From Chthoniobacterales bacterium (GTDB lineage Bacteria > Verrucomicrobiota > Verrucomicrobiia > Chthoniobacterales > Chthoniobacteraceae): a stretch of DNA of 64,000 nucleotides. The DNA lies in the NCBI GenBank assembly GCA_038207335.1, contig JBBQZX010000008.1:114940-178939 (forward strand). Direction: 5' to 3'. The notes under the pieces are model-generated. The model was not told where the DNA came from and did not search any database. It worked only from the letters and a program-made list of their open reading frames with translations. This document shows positions 9,282 through 18,656 of the stretch, in pieces (the first letter of the stretch is position 1; each line of letters opens with the position of its first letter). Made by a program: the position numbers and the translations under genes.

Positions 9282-11126
9282 CTATGCGGTCGCGGGGACA
9301 GGAGCGCGGTAGGCTTCGATCGAGACGATCTCGACCTCGCGGTCGCCTTCCTCGGTCGGGAGTTTGACTTTCGTCCCGACTGGATTGCCGACGAGCGCCT
9401 GCGCGATGGCCGTCTGGTAGCTGATGATCCCCTTCTCCGGCACGCCGTCCCATGCGCCGAGGATTGTGAAGATTTCCGTCTTTCCCGTCGCCGTGTCTTT
9501 CACCGCGACGACCGTGCCGATGCTGACGTTGCGGATGTCGGGGTTTGCAAAATCGGTGCCGCGGGCGCGTCCGAGGTCGCGCTCGGCTTCGGACTTCCGC
9601 CGCATGAGGACGCTTTGCATTTCTTTCGCGGCCTTGAATTCAAAGTTCTCGCGCAAGTCGCCGTGGCTGCGCGCGACGCTGATTTCCTTGGTGTTGTCGG
9701 GAATCTGCTTGGTGATAAGGTCTTCGTATTCGGCCTTGCGCTTCTCGAGGCTCGCCCAAGAGACGATGAGCGACTCCTGTTTCTCGCCGCTGTCGCCGGA
9801 GATCATGGACTGGAGCTCGGGATACTGGCGGATGATGCGACCGAGCAGCGAGCGCTTGTTCAGCTCCTCGAAGACGGTGGACATCATTATTTTCCGCATG
9901 GTCTCGCGGAGCTGCTCGGGCGTGGCGTCGGCGATGATGTCGTTGAGCAGGTTTTTGTCGCCGAGCAAAAGGTCGTGCAGTTTGCGGTCGCGCTTTTCGC
10001 TGAATTGATCGCGCTCGAGGGCGGAAACGATGGCGCTGAGAAGGCGGATGCCGGCGAGTTCCTTGAACGGCCCGGTGCGCTCTTTTGCGAGCCAATGCAG
10101 CGCCTCGCTCGAGATGGAATGCTCGCTGATGGCGCGGGAAAGCGCGGCCCGCAGCTCGTCAGTTTTGCCCTTCTCCACGAGCAGGCGCCCAGCCTCGCCG
10201 ACGATCCGCGAATTGCCGCGGAGCGCGAGGTCGATCGCCTTGCCGACCCACTGGTCGCCGAATGCGCCGGGCAGTTCGCCGAGAACGCGCTTGAGTTTCG
10301 CGGAGGGGATTTCGCCGAGCAGGATCGGGAGCTGGCGCTCGCCCGCCAGCAGGAAATCGGACACGGAAGCCACGGCCAGGTTTTTCTCGAGGCCCTCGAC
10401 GCGCTCGATGATTTCGTCGCGCGTGAGGATGAGGCTGAGCGCCTGCGAGGTGTGCAGGCGCTGGGTTTTGCGCGCGGTTTCATTCACCGCGGTGATGATC
10501 GGCGTGAGCTGCGCGACGGGGTCGGTGAACTCGGCGATGTTCTTCGAGATGATCTCGAGCGCGGCGATTTGGTCTTTGACCTGACGCACGGATTGGAAGC
10601 CGACGATGTATTCATCCGCGTGCGAAATCTGGTCTTCGCGCAGCTCGAACGGCTCGCTCTTCTTCCCCGGAATCGTGAAGTGGCCGTCCTTTTTCATCCC
10701 CTTCTTCGCGCCGTCGAGCCACCGCTTGAATTCCGCCTCGCTCATCACCGCCGGCACGAGCGCCTGCATGACGTGATCCTGTTTCGCCTTGCCGCCGAAG
10801 CTCGTGATGATCTGACGCATGAGGCCGACAGGATCGGCTTTGGCGCGGGCTTTCACGTCGTTGAGATTGCTGGCGCGCTGCGCGAAAATGTGCTCGTTGG
10901 GGATGAAGGTGAGCGACTCCGCGGCATACTGGAGTTGCATCGAGTGGTCTCTTTTTCCCGTGAAGTGGATCGTCATCTGACTAACGAGAAAATTGATCGA
11001 ATCGATCTGGCCGAAGCCCCAGCTTTTGTGGATGACGTATGAGCCGGGCTGGAGCGCTTCGAGTGCGGCGGCGGCGGGGGGTGTGAGTTTACCGGAATCG
11101 ACGGCCTTCTGAATATCGGGATGCAT
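9282..11126 (-). CDS. greA: Transcription elongation factor GreA with long N-terminal extension
   Basis: C-terminal ARSHGDLRENFEFKAAKE and ILGAWD..ISYQTAIAQAL; ~450-aa N-terminal extension as in the long PVC/spirochaete GreA. Confidence 0.85.
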   Translation of the reverse strand: MHPDIQKAVDSGKLTPPAAAALEALQPGSYVIHKSWGFGQIDSINFLVSQMTIHFTGKRDHSMQLQYAAESLTFIPNEHIFAQRASNLNDVKARAKADPVGLMRQIITSFGGKAKQDHVMQALVPAVMSEAEFKRWLDGAKKGMKKDGHFTIPGKKSEPFELREDQISHADEYIVGFQSVRQVKDQIAALEIISKNIAEFTDPVAQLTPIITAVNETARKTQRLHTSQALSLILTRDEIIERVEGLEKNLAVASVSDFLLAGERQLPILLGEIPSAKLKRVLGELPGAFGDQWVGKAIDLALRGNSRIVGEAGRLLVEKGKTDELRAALSRAISEHSISSEALHWLAKERTGPFKELAGIRLLSAIVSALERDQFSEKRDRKLHDLLLGDKNLLNDIIADATPEQLRETMRKIMMSTVFEELNKRSLLGRIIRQYPELQSMISGDSGEKQESLIVSWASLEKRKAEYEDLITKQIPDNTKEISVARSHGDLRENFEFKAAKEMQSVLMRRKSEAERDLGRARGTDFANPDIRNVSIGTVVAVKDTATGKTEIFTILGAWDGVPEKGIISYQTAIAQALVGNPVGTKVKLPTEEGDREVEIVSIEAYRAPVPATA

Positions 11127-11247
11127 GCGGTGAGCACTCTAGGGGGTGGGGAGCGGAGGGGGCAAGGATTTCGATTGCGGCGGGTGGAGTGGTTCCTGCT
11201 TCCCCGTTTCCGTTCGTGCGGGTAAAAGCCGACGAACACTTTAAAAC

Positions 11248-13158
11248 ATGACTCTGGAGCGTGAAACATGGATGCCGCCGACGGGCGAAGGCGACGTGGG
11301 GTTCCATCTGATGTTCGATCAGAATCCGGTGCCGATGTGGGTCTATGATCACGAGACTCTGGCCTTTCTCGCGGTGAACAATGCTGCTGTGGAAAAATAC
11401 GGCTGGCCGCGCGAGGAATTCCTCACGCTCACGATCGAGGATGTGCTGCCGCGCGAGGATTTGCCGTTTTTTCGGGAATATCGCGTGAATACCGCGCACG
11501 AGGTTTCCTCGGGCCGCAACGCGACAATTCCGTGCCAGCATCGGACTCGCACGGGACGGCTGATCGACATCGAAAGCACCTGGCATGTGATGCCGCTCGG
11601 CGACCGGATGGGCGTGCTCGTGATCAATTGCGACCGCTCCGAGCAGAAGCAGATTGAAGAGAAAATTCGCGAGCAGGCGAGCCTGCTCGACCTCGCCGCG
11701 GATGCGATCGTGGTGCGCGATCTCGACCACCGCATTTTGTTTTGGAATCAAGGCGCAGAGCGGCTCTACGGCTGGTCCACCGAGGAGGCGGTGGGTGCGA
11801 AAACGACGGATCTCTTCGCCGGAGACGCCGCGGTTTTTGCTCAGGCATTCAAGGCGCTGCTGGATCGCGGCATCTGGTCCGGGGAGCTGCAGCAGGCGCG
11901 TAAAGATGGGCGCGAAGTGTCGGTCAACAGCCGGTGGACACTAGTCTCGGATGACGCCGGGAGGCCGAAGTCGGTGCTCGTTTTTAATACCGACATGACG
12001 GAGACGAAAAAGCTCGAGTCGCAGTTCCTGCGCGCGCAGCGGCTGGAGTCGATTGGCACGCTTGCGAGCGGGATCGCGCATGATTTGAACAACATCTTGT
12101 CGCCGATCCTGATGTCCGTAGGGATGCTGCGGAACACGGTTAAAGGCGCGTCCGCCGAGCGGATGCTCGGGATCATCGAGAGCAGCGCGGAGCGGGGCGC
12201 AGGGATCGTGAAGCAGGTGCTCACATTTGCGCGCGGCGTGGAGGGCGAGCGCGTGCTTTTGCAGCCGAAGCATCTCATCGGCGAGCTGTCGAAAATCATG
12301 GCGCAGACGTTTCCGCGCAACATCGACATCCAGACGCAATTTTCGCCCGACTTGTGGACGGTGCTCGGCGATGCGACGCAGCTTCATCAGGTGCTGCTGA
12401 ATCTCTCCGTGAATGCGCGCGACGCGATGTCCGGCGGCGGCACGCTCACGATCGGGGGCGAGAACGTCGATGTGGACGCGCACTTCGCCAGCATGAACCC
12501 CGGCGCGCAGCTCGGCCCGCACGTCGCACTCCGCGTCTCCGACACCGGCAGCGGCATGTCGGCTGAGACGATGGAGAAAATTTTCGATCCATTTTTCACC
12601 ACGAAAGAAGTGGGCAAAGGCACTGGGCTCGGCCTCGCGACGGTGATCGGCATCGTAAAAAGCCACGGCGGTTTCCTCACGCTCCAGAGCACGATCGGAG
12701 TCGGGACGGTGTTCAAAGTTTTTGTCCCCGCATCGACTCAAGCGGAGCAAAGCAACTCGCCCGCGGAGGCTGCGGCGCCGCCGCGAGGCAATGGCCAACG
12801 CATCCTCGTGGTCGATGACGAAGCGGCGATCCGCGAGGCGCTCGTCAGCACGCTCGAGGTGAATGGCTATCACGTTTTCACAGCGGAGGATGGCACGGAT
12901 GCGCTCGCCCTTTACTTCCAGCGGCGGGATGAAATCGCGCTCATCATCACCGACATCTCGATGGGCCAGATGGACGGCGTCGCGCTCACCCGCGCCGTGA
13001 AAAAGCTAAATCCCGCGGCGCGCATCATCGTCTCCAGCGGCCATTTTCAAAAAGAAAACACCTCGATCCTCAACGGCCTCGGAGTGAAGGAACTCCTCGA
13101 TAAACCCTACTCCGCCGACAAGCTCCTGCGATGCGTCGCGGGCGCGCTGAAGCAGTAG
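11248..13158 (+). CDS. Cytoplasmic hybrid histidine kinase (2 PAS - HisKA - HATPase - REC)
   Basis: GIAHDLNN, LNLSVNARDAM, DTGSG, PFFTTK..GTGLGL, receiver VVDDE..ITD..KPY. Confidence 0.92.
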   Translation: MTLERETWMPPTGEGDVGFHLMFDQNPVPMWVYDHETLAFLAVNNAAVEKYGWPREEFLTLTIEDVLPREDLPFFREYRVNTAHEVSSGRNATIPCQHRTRTGRLIDIESTWHVMPLGDRMGVLVINCDRSEQKQIEEKIREQASLLDLAADAIVVRDLDHRILFWNQGAERLYGWSTEEAVGAKTTDLFAGDAAVFAQAFKALLDRGIWSGELQQARKDGREVSVNSRWTLVSDDAGRPKSVLVFNTDMTETKKLESQFLRAQRLESIGTLASGIAHDLNNILSPILMSVGMLRNTVKGASAERMLGIIESSAERGAGIVKQVLTFARGVEGERVLLQPKHLIGELSKIMAQTFPRNIDIQTQFSPDLWTVLGDATQLHQVLLNLSVNARDAMSGGGTLTIGGENVDVDAHFASMNPGAQLGPHVALRVSDTGSGMSAETMEKIFDPFFTTKEVGKGTGLGLATVIGIVKSHGGFLTLQSTIGVGTVFKVFVPASTQAEQSNSPAEAAAPPRGNGQRILVVDDEAAIREALVSTLEVNGYHVFTAEDGTDALALYFQRRDEIALIITDISMGQMDGVALTRAVKKLNPAARIIVSSGHFQKENTSILNGLGVKELLDKPYSADKLLRCVAGALKQ

Positions 13159-13245
13159 CCGAGGTCGTCGATCCCGGCTGCAGCCTGCAGGCGAGCCTTC
13201 TTTCCCCAATCGCGGTTCTCACCGGGCTTGGCAATCCCCGGCTGC
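13155..13245. repeat. GTAG-type REP doublet (REPIN-like), degenerate
   Basis: GTAGCCGAGGTCGTCGATCCCGGC (13155-13178) matches 25613-25636 at 20/24; degenerate inverted copy at 13222-13245. Confidence 0.6.
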
Positions 13246-13319
13246 GACCAAGCGCGAACCCGCCTTCGCGCAACTCTCAACTTTCCACCCTCCGCTTCCC
13301 CTCCTACCTTCCCCGCCCC

Positions 13320-14123
13320 ATGTCCTGGATCACGAAGTTCGTAAAATTCCGCGAAAAGTCCGACGGCGAAGTCGTCAAGCCCTTCCTAGACCACATGGAG
13401 GACCTCCGCTGGACCATCATCAAGATGGCCCTCGTCCAGGTCACCTCAATGATCATCGCCTTCTACTTCCGCACTGATTTGGTGCGGCTCCTTCAGCTTC
13501 CGCTGGAAAAAGTCGATCCCTCCCTGCCCGGCAAACTCATTATCAGCGGCATCGCCGACTCGTTCATCATCTCGCTCGAGCTCGCCTTCTTCGCAGGCAT
13601 CGCGATGGCCTTCCCGTTCCTCGTCTATTTTCTCGCCGAATTCGTCCTCCCCGCCCTCACTCGGCAAGAGCGCAAATACCTCGGGCCCGGCATCTTCGTC
13701 GCTTTCGGCCTTTTCCTCGCCGGCGTTTACATCGCCTACGAATACCTCCTCCCTACCACCGTCGGCTTCTTCTGGCGCGACGCGGAAAAGATGCACCTCA
13801 CCGTCCTCTGGACCTGGAACAACTACTTCTCATTCGCCGCGTGGCTCTGCATCGGCTTCGGCCTGATGTGCGAAATCCCGGTCATCATCATCGTCCTCGC
13901 CCTCCTCGGCTTCATCAGCTTCGCCTTATTGAATAGGACGCGCCCCTACGCCTACACCGCGATCCTCATCCTCTCCGCCGTCATCGCTCCGACCCCCGAC
14001 CCGATGACCTTCATCTCGCTGAGTGTCCCCATCGTGGCGATGTATGAATGCTGTATCTGGGTCGTCTATTTCATCGACCGCAAAAAGCGCAACCGAAGCT
14101 CGGCGAAAGACTTCCCGGACTGA
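13320..14123 (+). CDS. tatC: Twin-arginine translocase subunit TatC
   Basis: PFLDHMEDLR, FVLPALT..E, E-I-P, AVIAPTPDP, MYE; about six hydrophobic segments. Confidence 0.92.
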   Translation: MSWITKFVKFREKSDGEVVKPFLDHMEDLRWTIIKMALVQVTSMIIAFYFRTDLVRLLQLPLEKVDPSLPGKLIISGIADSFIISLELAFFAGIAMAFPFLVYFLAEFVLPALTRQERKYLGPGIFVAFGLFLAGVYIAYEYLLPTTVGFFWRDAEKMHLTVLWTWNNYFSFAAWLCIGFGLMCEIPVIIIVLALLGFISFALLNRTRPYAYTAILILSAVIAPTPDPMTFISLSVPIVAMYECCIWVVYFIDRKKRNRSSAKDFPD

Positions 14124-14425
14124 GACAAAGGCGCCGGGACGCGACGTTAAGAGTTGCCGGTTTTTAGAATATTCGCGGCTCCGCAGCGGCAGGTCATCCA
14201 TCGAGACCGAGCAAGATTTCAGAACCTTCAGCCTGTTCCTCATCTGGCGGAAGTCCTGCAAAAAGGGGCGTCTCAGCGCGTGAATTTCAGCAACGACATA
14301 AACGTTGGGCGTTGAAATGTTCAGCCCGCACGGCGGCCGCATCCTCCGGCTTCGACGTTCGACCTTAATTGTTTCGACGTTTTCCTAATACTCTCCCACG
14401 GCCGCCCGTATCCCGACTGAACCCC

Positions 14426-14986
14426 ATGCCCGCCGAAGCCGTCCATCTTCGCTCCCTGCTCGACCGCTACGAGCGCCCGCTTGTCCGATACGCGCAGAGC
14501 ATCGTCGGCGATTTGGAAAGCGCGCGCGACGTGGCGCAAGAGACCTTCATCAAATTCGTCGAAACCGGCGGCCCGCGCAGCGACGGCCCCGGCGAGCCTG
14601 ACCCGAGGCATGTCGAGTCGTGGCTTTTCACCGTCACCCGCAACCGCGCCATCGACTGCCAGCGCAAACAAAGCCGCATCGTCCCCATGAATCCCCTCGA
14701 TCACGAACACCGCTCCAGCGACGAGCCCGGGCCCGCCGCCGTCATGGAAAGCCGCGAACTCGCCGGCTCACTTTTCCACCTCCTCGACTCGCTCTCGGAT
14801 AACCAGCGCGAAGTCATCCGCCTCAAATTTCAGAACGACCTCAGCTACAAAGAAATCGCCGACGTCACGCGCCTCAGCGTCACGAATGTCGGCTTCCTCC
14901 TCCACACCGGGCTCAAAAAATTGCGCGCCCTGCTCGACGAGCAGCCGCGCACCGCATTCGAGCTCCCACTCCGCCAAACGTCATGA
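14426..14986 (+). CDS. ECF RNA polymerase sigma-70 factor
   Basis: ARDVAQETF, SWLFTVTRNRAID (region 2); LSDNQREVIRL..LSYKEIA (region 4). Confidence 0.92.
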   Translation: MPAEAVHLRSLLDRYERPLVRYAQSIVGDLESARDVAQETFIKFVETGGPRSDGPGEPDPRHVESWLFTVTRNRAIDCQRKQSRIVPMNPLDHEHRSSDEPGPAAVMESRELAGSLFHLLDSLSDNQREVIRLKFQNDLSYKEIADVTRLSVTNVGFLLHTGLKKLRALLDEQPRTAFELPLRQTS

Positions 14987-17709
14987 ACCTCGACGACCCC
15001 AAACTCACCGCATACGCCCTCCACGAACTCGACCCCGCCGAGCGCGCCGAACTCGAAGCCCTACTCCGCGACGACCCCGACGCGCTCACTGCCGTCGAGG
15101 AGACGCGCACTTTCGCCGCCACGCTCCGAGCCGAGCTCGCCGCCGAGCCCGCGCAGCCGCTGCACGAGTCGCAGCGGGTCCTTCTTTTGGAAAAAGCAGC
15201 CGTCGCGGATTCCGATCGCGCCTCCGAAAACCCGCACGCCGGGAACGGATTGCGTCCGGTCAAGGTGGGAGTCCTGCCGATGCCTTCCGGTCGCGGCAAG
15301 CGCTCGTGGATTCCCGCCGCCATCGCAGCGAGTATCATCGTCACCGCTGGCATCGCCGGAGTGTGGGGCCTCTTCCGCTATGAAGGCCTCGACGCAGTCA
15401 TCGCGAGCAGCGGCATCTCCGACCCGCGGCCCATTTCTCCGCGTCTCGGAGACGGAATCATCGTCAGCATTGGCGACGCGATCACCGGCAAGAAAGTCGG
15501 GCAGCAACTTTACGCCAGCAATGACCGCTTCATCGTGGACGGGGACATGCCGCCGGTTTCGGCGCCATCTGAGCAGCTCGCCTCGGCTCCCAAATCCGCG
15601 CAATCCGCCCCGATCGTCAATGCGATCACCTCGACGACGACAGCGGGCCGCGGTGAGACGGTCGCTGAGCAGCTTGCGAAAATGCCGGCGCTCGCTCGAT
15701 CCAAAGACTGGAGCGGACAGGTGGTGCCGGAGAAGCCCGCGAAAGGCACATCGGAAACTGTGGATTTGAACACCGCTTCTGAAGGCACGCATTGGGACTC
15801 TCAGGGGGGTGCAATCCGTACCTACACAAAGGGTCTGCCAGCCACGATGGCTGGACGCGCCGGAGGCATCGCCCGCGCAAAAGAAAACCAGAACGCGGTT
15901 CCGTCCCCTTCTTACACGAAAAAAGCCGAAGAACCCGGCTCGCCTGCCGACAAATCGAAGTTACTGGCCGACACCCAAACTTTCTTAGCCGCTGGACGTT
16001 ACGATATGGCTGCAAAGAACGCAGGGCAGATTCTCAGTGCTGACCCGACGAACATCGTAGCCCGCAAGGCGATGGAGACCATCAATACGGCCAGGGAGCG
16101 TTACGCAGCCTCGGCGTACAACGAAGCGCGTTCGCGGGCGATTTGGAAACTCGACCCAGCGCCGAGTGGTGATCGCCTAGCCGCTGGTAACGCCCCCGCC
16201 GACGTTCAGTTGCAGCAGAACTACGTAACGCTCAATGAGCCGCGGGACCTCTCGTTCGAGACTGCCTCGAAGGCGGATACCGCCTCGTACGAAGCTCTCA
16301 CCGACAACGCCTTCCTCCGCGTCGGCGATGCGCCGCTCTCCACGTTCTCCATCGATGTCGATACCGCGAGCTACGCCAATGTGCGCCGCTTTCTCAACGA
16401 CCACACGCTGCCGCCGCCCGCCGCCGTCCGCGTCGAGGAACTCGTGAATTATTTCCACTACGACTACCCGCAGCCGGATGGCGCCGCGCCTTTCTCCAGC
16501 ACCATGGAAGTCGCCGCCTGCCCGTGGGCACCCGAGCATCGGCTCGTCCGCATCGGCCTGCATGGCCGCGAGATTCAGCGCGACGACCGCGCCGCGAGCA
16601 ATCTCGTCTTTCTCGTCGATGTCTCCGGCTCCATGCACCCCGCCGAGCGGCTTCCACTCTTGAAGCGCAGCATGGCGCTCCTCGTCGATCAGCTCACCGA
16701 GCGCGACTCCGTGGCCATCGTCGTCTATGCCGGCAGCGGCGGCTGTGCGCTCGACTCCACGCATGACAAACGCGCCGTCCGCGACGCCCTCGACCGGCTC
16801 GAAAGCGGCGGCTCCACGAACGGCGCGAGCGGCATCCAGCTCGCTTACGAGATCGCGCAAAAGCACTTCATCAAAGGCGGCACCAACCGTGTCATCTTGG
16901 CGACCGATGGCGATTTCAACGTCGGCATCACCGACCAGAGCGAACTCGTGCGGCTCATCGAGAGGAAAGCGAAAGGCGGCGTCTTCCTGACGTGCCTTGG
17001 CTTTGGCACCGACAATCTCAAAGACTCCACGCTCGAGAAACTCGCCGACAAAGGGAACGGCAACTACGCCTACATCGACTCGCTCACCGAGGGCCGCCGC
17101 GTGCTCGTCGAGCAGATGGCCGGGACGCTCATCACCATCGCGAAAGACGTGAAAATCCAGGTCGAATTCAACCCTTCGAAAGTTGGCGCGTATCGGCTCA
17201 TCGGGTATGAAAATCGGCTGCTGAAAAAAGAAGACTTCAACGACGACACGAAGGACGCTGGCGAGATCGGCAGCGGCACCACCGTCACCGCGCTCTACGA
17301 GATCGTTCCTCCGGGAAAAGAGATCGCGCCCACGACCGGGGTCGATCCGCTGAAATACCAATCGGCTGCGAAACAAGCGCCAGAGCCGCTTCCCGAGCCA
17401 CCCGCCAATCCGAGCCCCGAGCTCCTCACGCTGAAACTTCGCTACAAAGCGCCCGACGGCGACACCAGCAAGCTCCTCTCATTCCCGCTCACCGACACCG
17501 GCGCGCCGCTCGCGAAATCCTCGCGCGACTTCCGCTTCGCCGCCGCCGTCGCCAGCTTCGGGATGCTCCTGCGCGAGTCCCCACACCGCGGCGACGCGAC
17601 CTTCGACAGCACGTTGGAGCTGGCAAAAGAAGGCAAAGGCGACGACCGCGACGGCTACCGCGCAGAGTTTATCGGGCTGGTGGAAAAGGCGAAAGCCCTC
17701 GCGCACTGA
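14983..17709 (+). CDS. Membrane-anchored YfbK-like VWA protein with N-terminal anti-sigma-like segment
   Basis: LTAYALHEL..ERAELE N-terminus, one TM helix, STFSIDVDTASY, MIDAS DVSGS, LATDGDFNVG, YRLIGYENR, DUF3520-like C-terminus; ATGA-coupled to the sigma gene. Confidence 0.88.
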   Translation: MNLDDPKLTAYALHELDPAERAELEALLRDDPDALTAVEETRTFAATLRAELAAEPAQPLHESQRVLLLEKAAVADSDRASENPHAGNGLRPVKVGVLPMPSGRGKRSWIPAAIAASIIVTAGIAGVWGLFRYEGLDAVIASSGISDPRPISPRLGDGIIVSIGDAITGKKVGQQLYASNDRFIVDGDMPPVSAPSEQLASAPKSAQSAPIVNAITSTTTAGRGETVAEQLAKMPALARSKDWSGQVVPEKPAKGTSETVDLNTASEGTHWDSQGGAIRTYTKGLPATMAGRAGGIARAKENQNAVPSPSYTKKAEEPGSPADKSKLLADTQTFLAAGRYDMAAKNAGQILSADPTNIVARKAMETINTARERYAASAYNEARSRAIWKLDPAPSGDRLAAGNAPADVQLQQNYVTLNEPRDLSFETASKADTASYEALTDNAFLRVGDAPLSTFSIDVDTASYANVRRFLNDHTLPPPAAVRVEELVNYFHYDYPQPDGAAPFSSTMEVAACPWAPEHRLVRIGLHGREIQRDDRAASNLVFLVDVSGSMHPAERLPLLKRSMALLVDQLTERDSVAIVVYAGSGGCALDSTHDKRAVRDALDRLESGGSTNGASGIQLAYEIAQKHFIKGGTNRVILATDGDFNVGITDQSELVRLIERKAKGGVFLTCLGFGTDNLKDSTLEKLADKGNGNYAYIDSLTEGRRVLVEQMAGTLITIAKDVKIQVEFNPSKVGAYRLIGYENRLLKKEDFNDDTKDAGEIGSGTTVTALYEIVPPGKEIAPTTGVDPLKYQSAAKQAPEPLPEPPANPSPELLTLKLRYKAPDGDTSKLLSFPLTDTGAPLAKSSRDFRFAAAVASFGMLLRESPHRGDATFDSTLELAKEGKGDDRDGYRAEFIGLVEKAKALAH

Positions 17710-17759
17710 GGGGATAGCGCTGGGGCGCGCGCTCGTCCGCAACAGCCGCGCCTCAAAAT

Positions 17760-17786
17760 TCCGTCGAGTCGGGACGACTCGACGGA
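17760..17786. repeat. Perfect 12-bp hairpin downstream of the VWA gene
   Basis: TCCGTCGAGTCG-GGA-CGACTCGACGGA; no U-tract. Confidence 0.6.
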
Positions 17787-17890
17787 CACTCGGGACACGC
17801 GACCAACCCGGCGAGAGTCGCGCGCGGCTCATCTCCCACATTTCCACGCCCGCGAGTACGCCTCCTGCTCATCTCATTTCCGGCCCTACC

Positions 17891-18598
17891 ATGCAGATCG
17901 ACCACTCGGAATTTCAGGATCAACTTGTCCGCGGACTCGCGCACCGGATGAACAACATCCTGACACTTTTCCACGGATACGTCGGACTCATGCTCGATAA
18001 TGGGAAGCTCGACAAGCCGACCACCGATGGCCTGAAAAAAATCCAAGACGGCGCGCGCGCCGCGACCGAACTCATGGATCGCACTCATTCGCTCGTTCGC
18101 CCAACCACCGTCGTCTGGCGCGAGATTCACCTTGGCGAATTCGTGCAACTGCTGCGTCCCGGCTTCGAGAGTTTCCGCGGGGCGAAGACCAATATCGAAC
18201 TCGAAGTGGAGCAAGATTTACCCAATATATGGGGCGACATGAGCCGCGTGAAAGCGGCGATCATCGAGCTTGTGCGCAACGCCTGCGACGCTGCCGGGTC
18301 AGGCGGCACCGTCACCATTTCGATCCACGGCGACGAGCCCGCGCCGAACGTGAGTTGCGCCGCGCAGCCGATCCGCTGGGTTTGCCTCAAAGTCACCGAC
18401 GACGGTCCGGGCGTGCCGACCGAACTCGACGAGAAAATCTATGCGCCCTTTTTCTCCACGAAGAAAATGAAGAATTCTGCCGGCCTCGGCCTCGCCGTTG
18501 CGCAGGGCTCCGTCCAGCAGCTCGGTGGCCTAATCCGACACCGCAGCGTGCCGGGCCGCACGACCTTCGAAATGCTCCTCCCGTCCCGCGGCGCGTAG
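17891..18598 (+). CDS. Sensor-less histidine kinase-like protein (HisKA + HATPase)
   Basis: GLAHRMNN, ELVRNACDA, DDGPG, PFFSTK, GLGL. Confidence 0.82.
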   Translation: MQIDHSEFQDQLVRGLAHRMNNILTLFHGYVGLMLDNGKLDKPTTDGLKKIQDGARAATELMDRTHSLVRPTTVVWREIHLGEFVQLLRPGFESFRGAKTNIELEVEQDLPNIWGDMSRVKAAIIELVRNACDAAGSGGTVTISIHGDEPAPNVSCAAQPIRWVCLKVTDDGPGVPTELDEKIYAPFFSTKKMKNSAGLGLAVAQGSVQQLGGLIRHRSVPGRTTFEMLLPSRGA

Positions 18599-18656
18599 CG
18601 CGTTCCACACGAAATTCGCCTCGGTGGTAGCGCAAGCCTCCGGCTTGAGAAATCGG

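Noticed and set aside
7653..11042. Plus-strand ORFs of 498 and 588 aa
   Set aside because: Antisense shadows of the GH51 and greA genes with no recognisable motifs.
14124..14345. Small ORF or ncRNA between tatC and the sigma gene
   Set aside because: No frame gave a convincing protein and I recognised no RNA motif; an Rfam scan would be needed.
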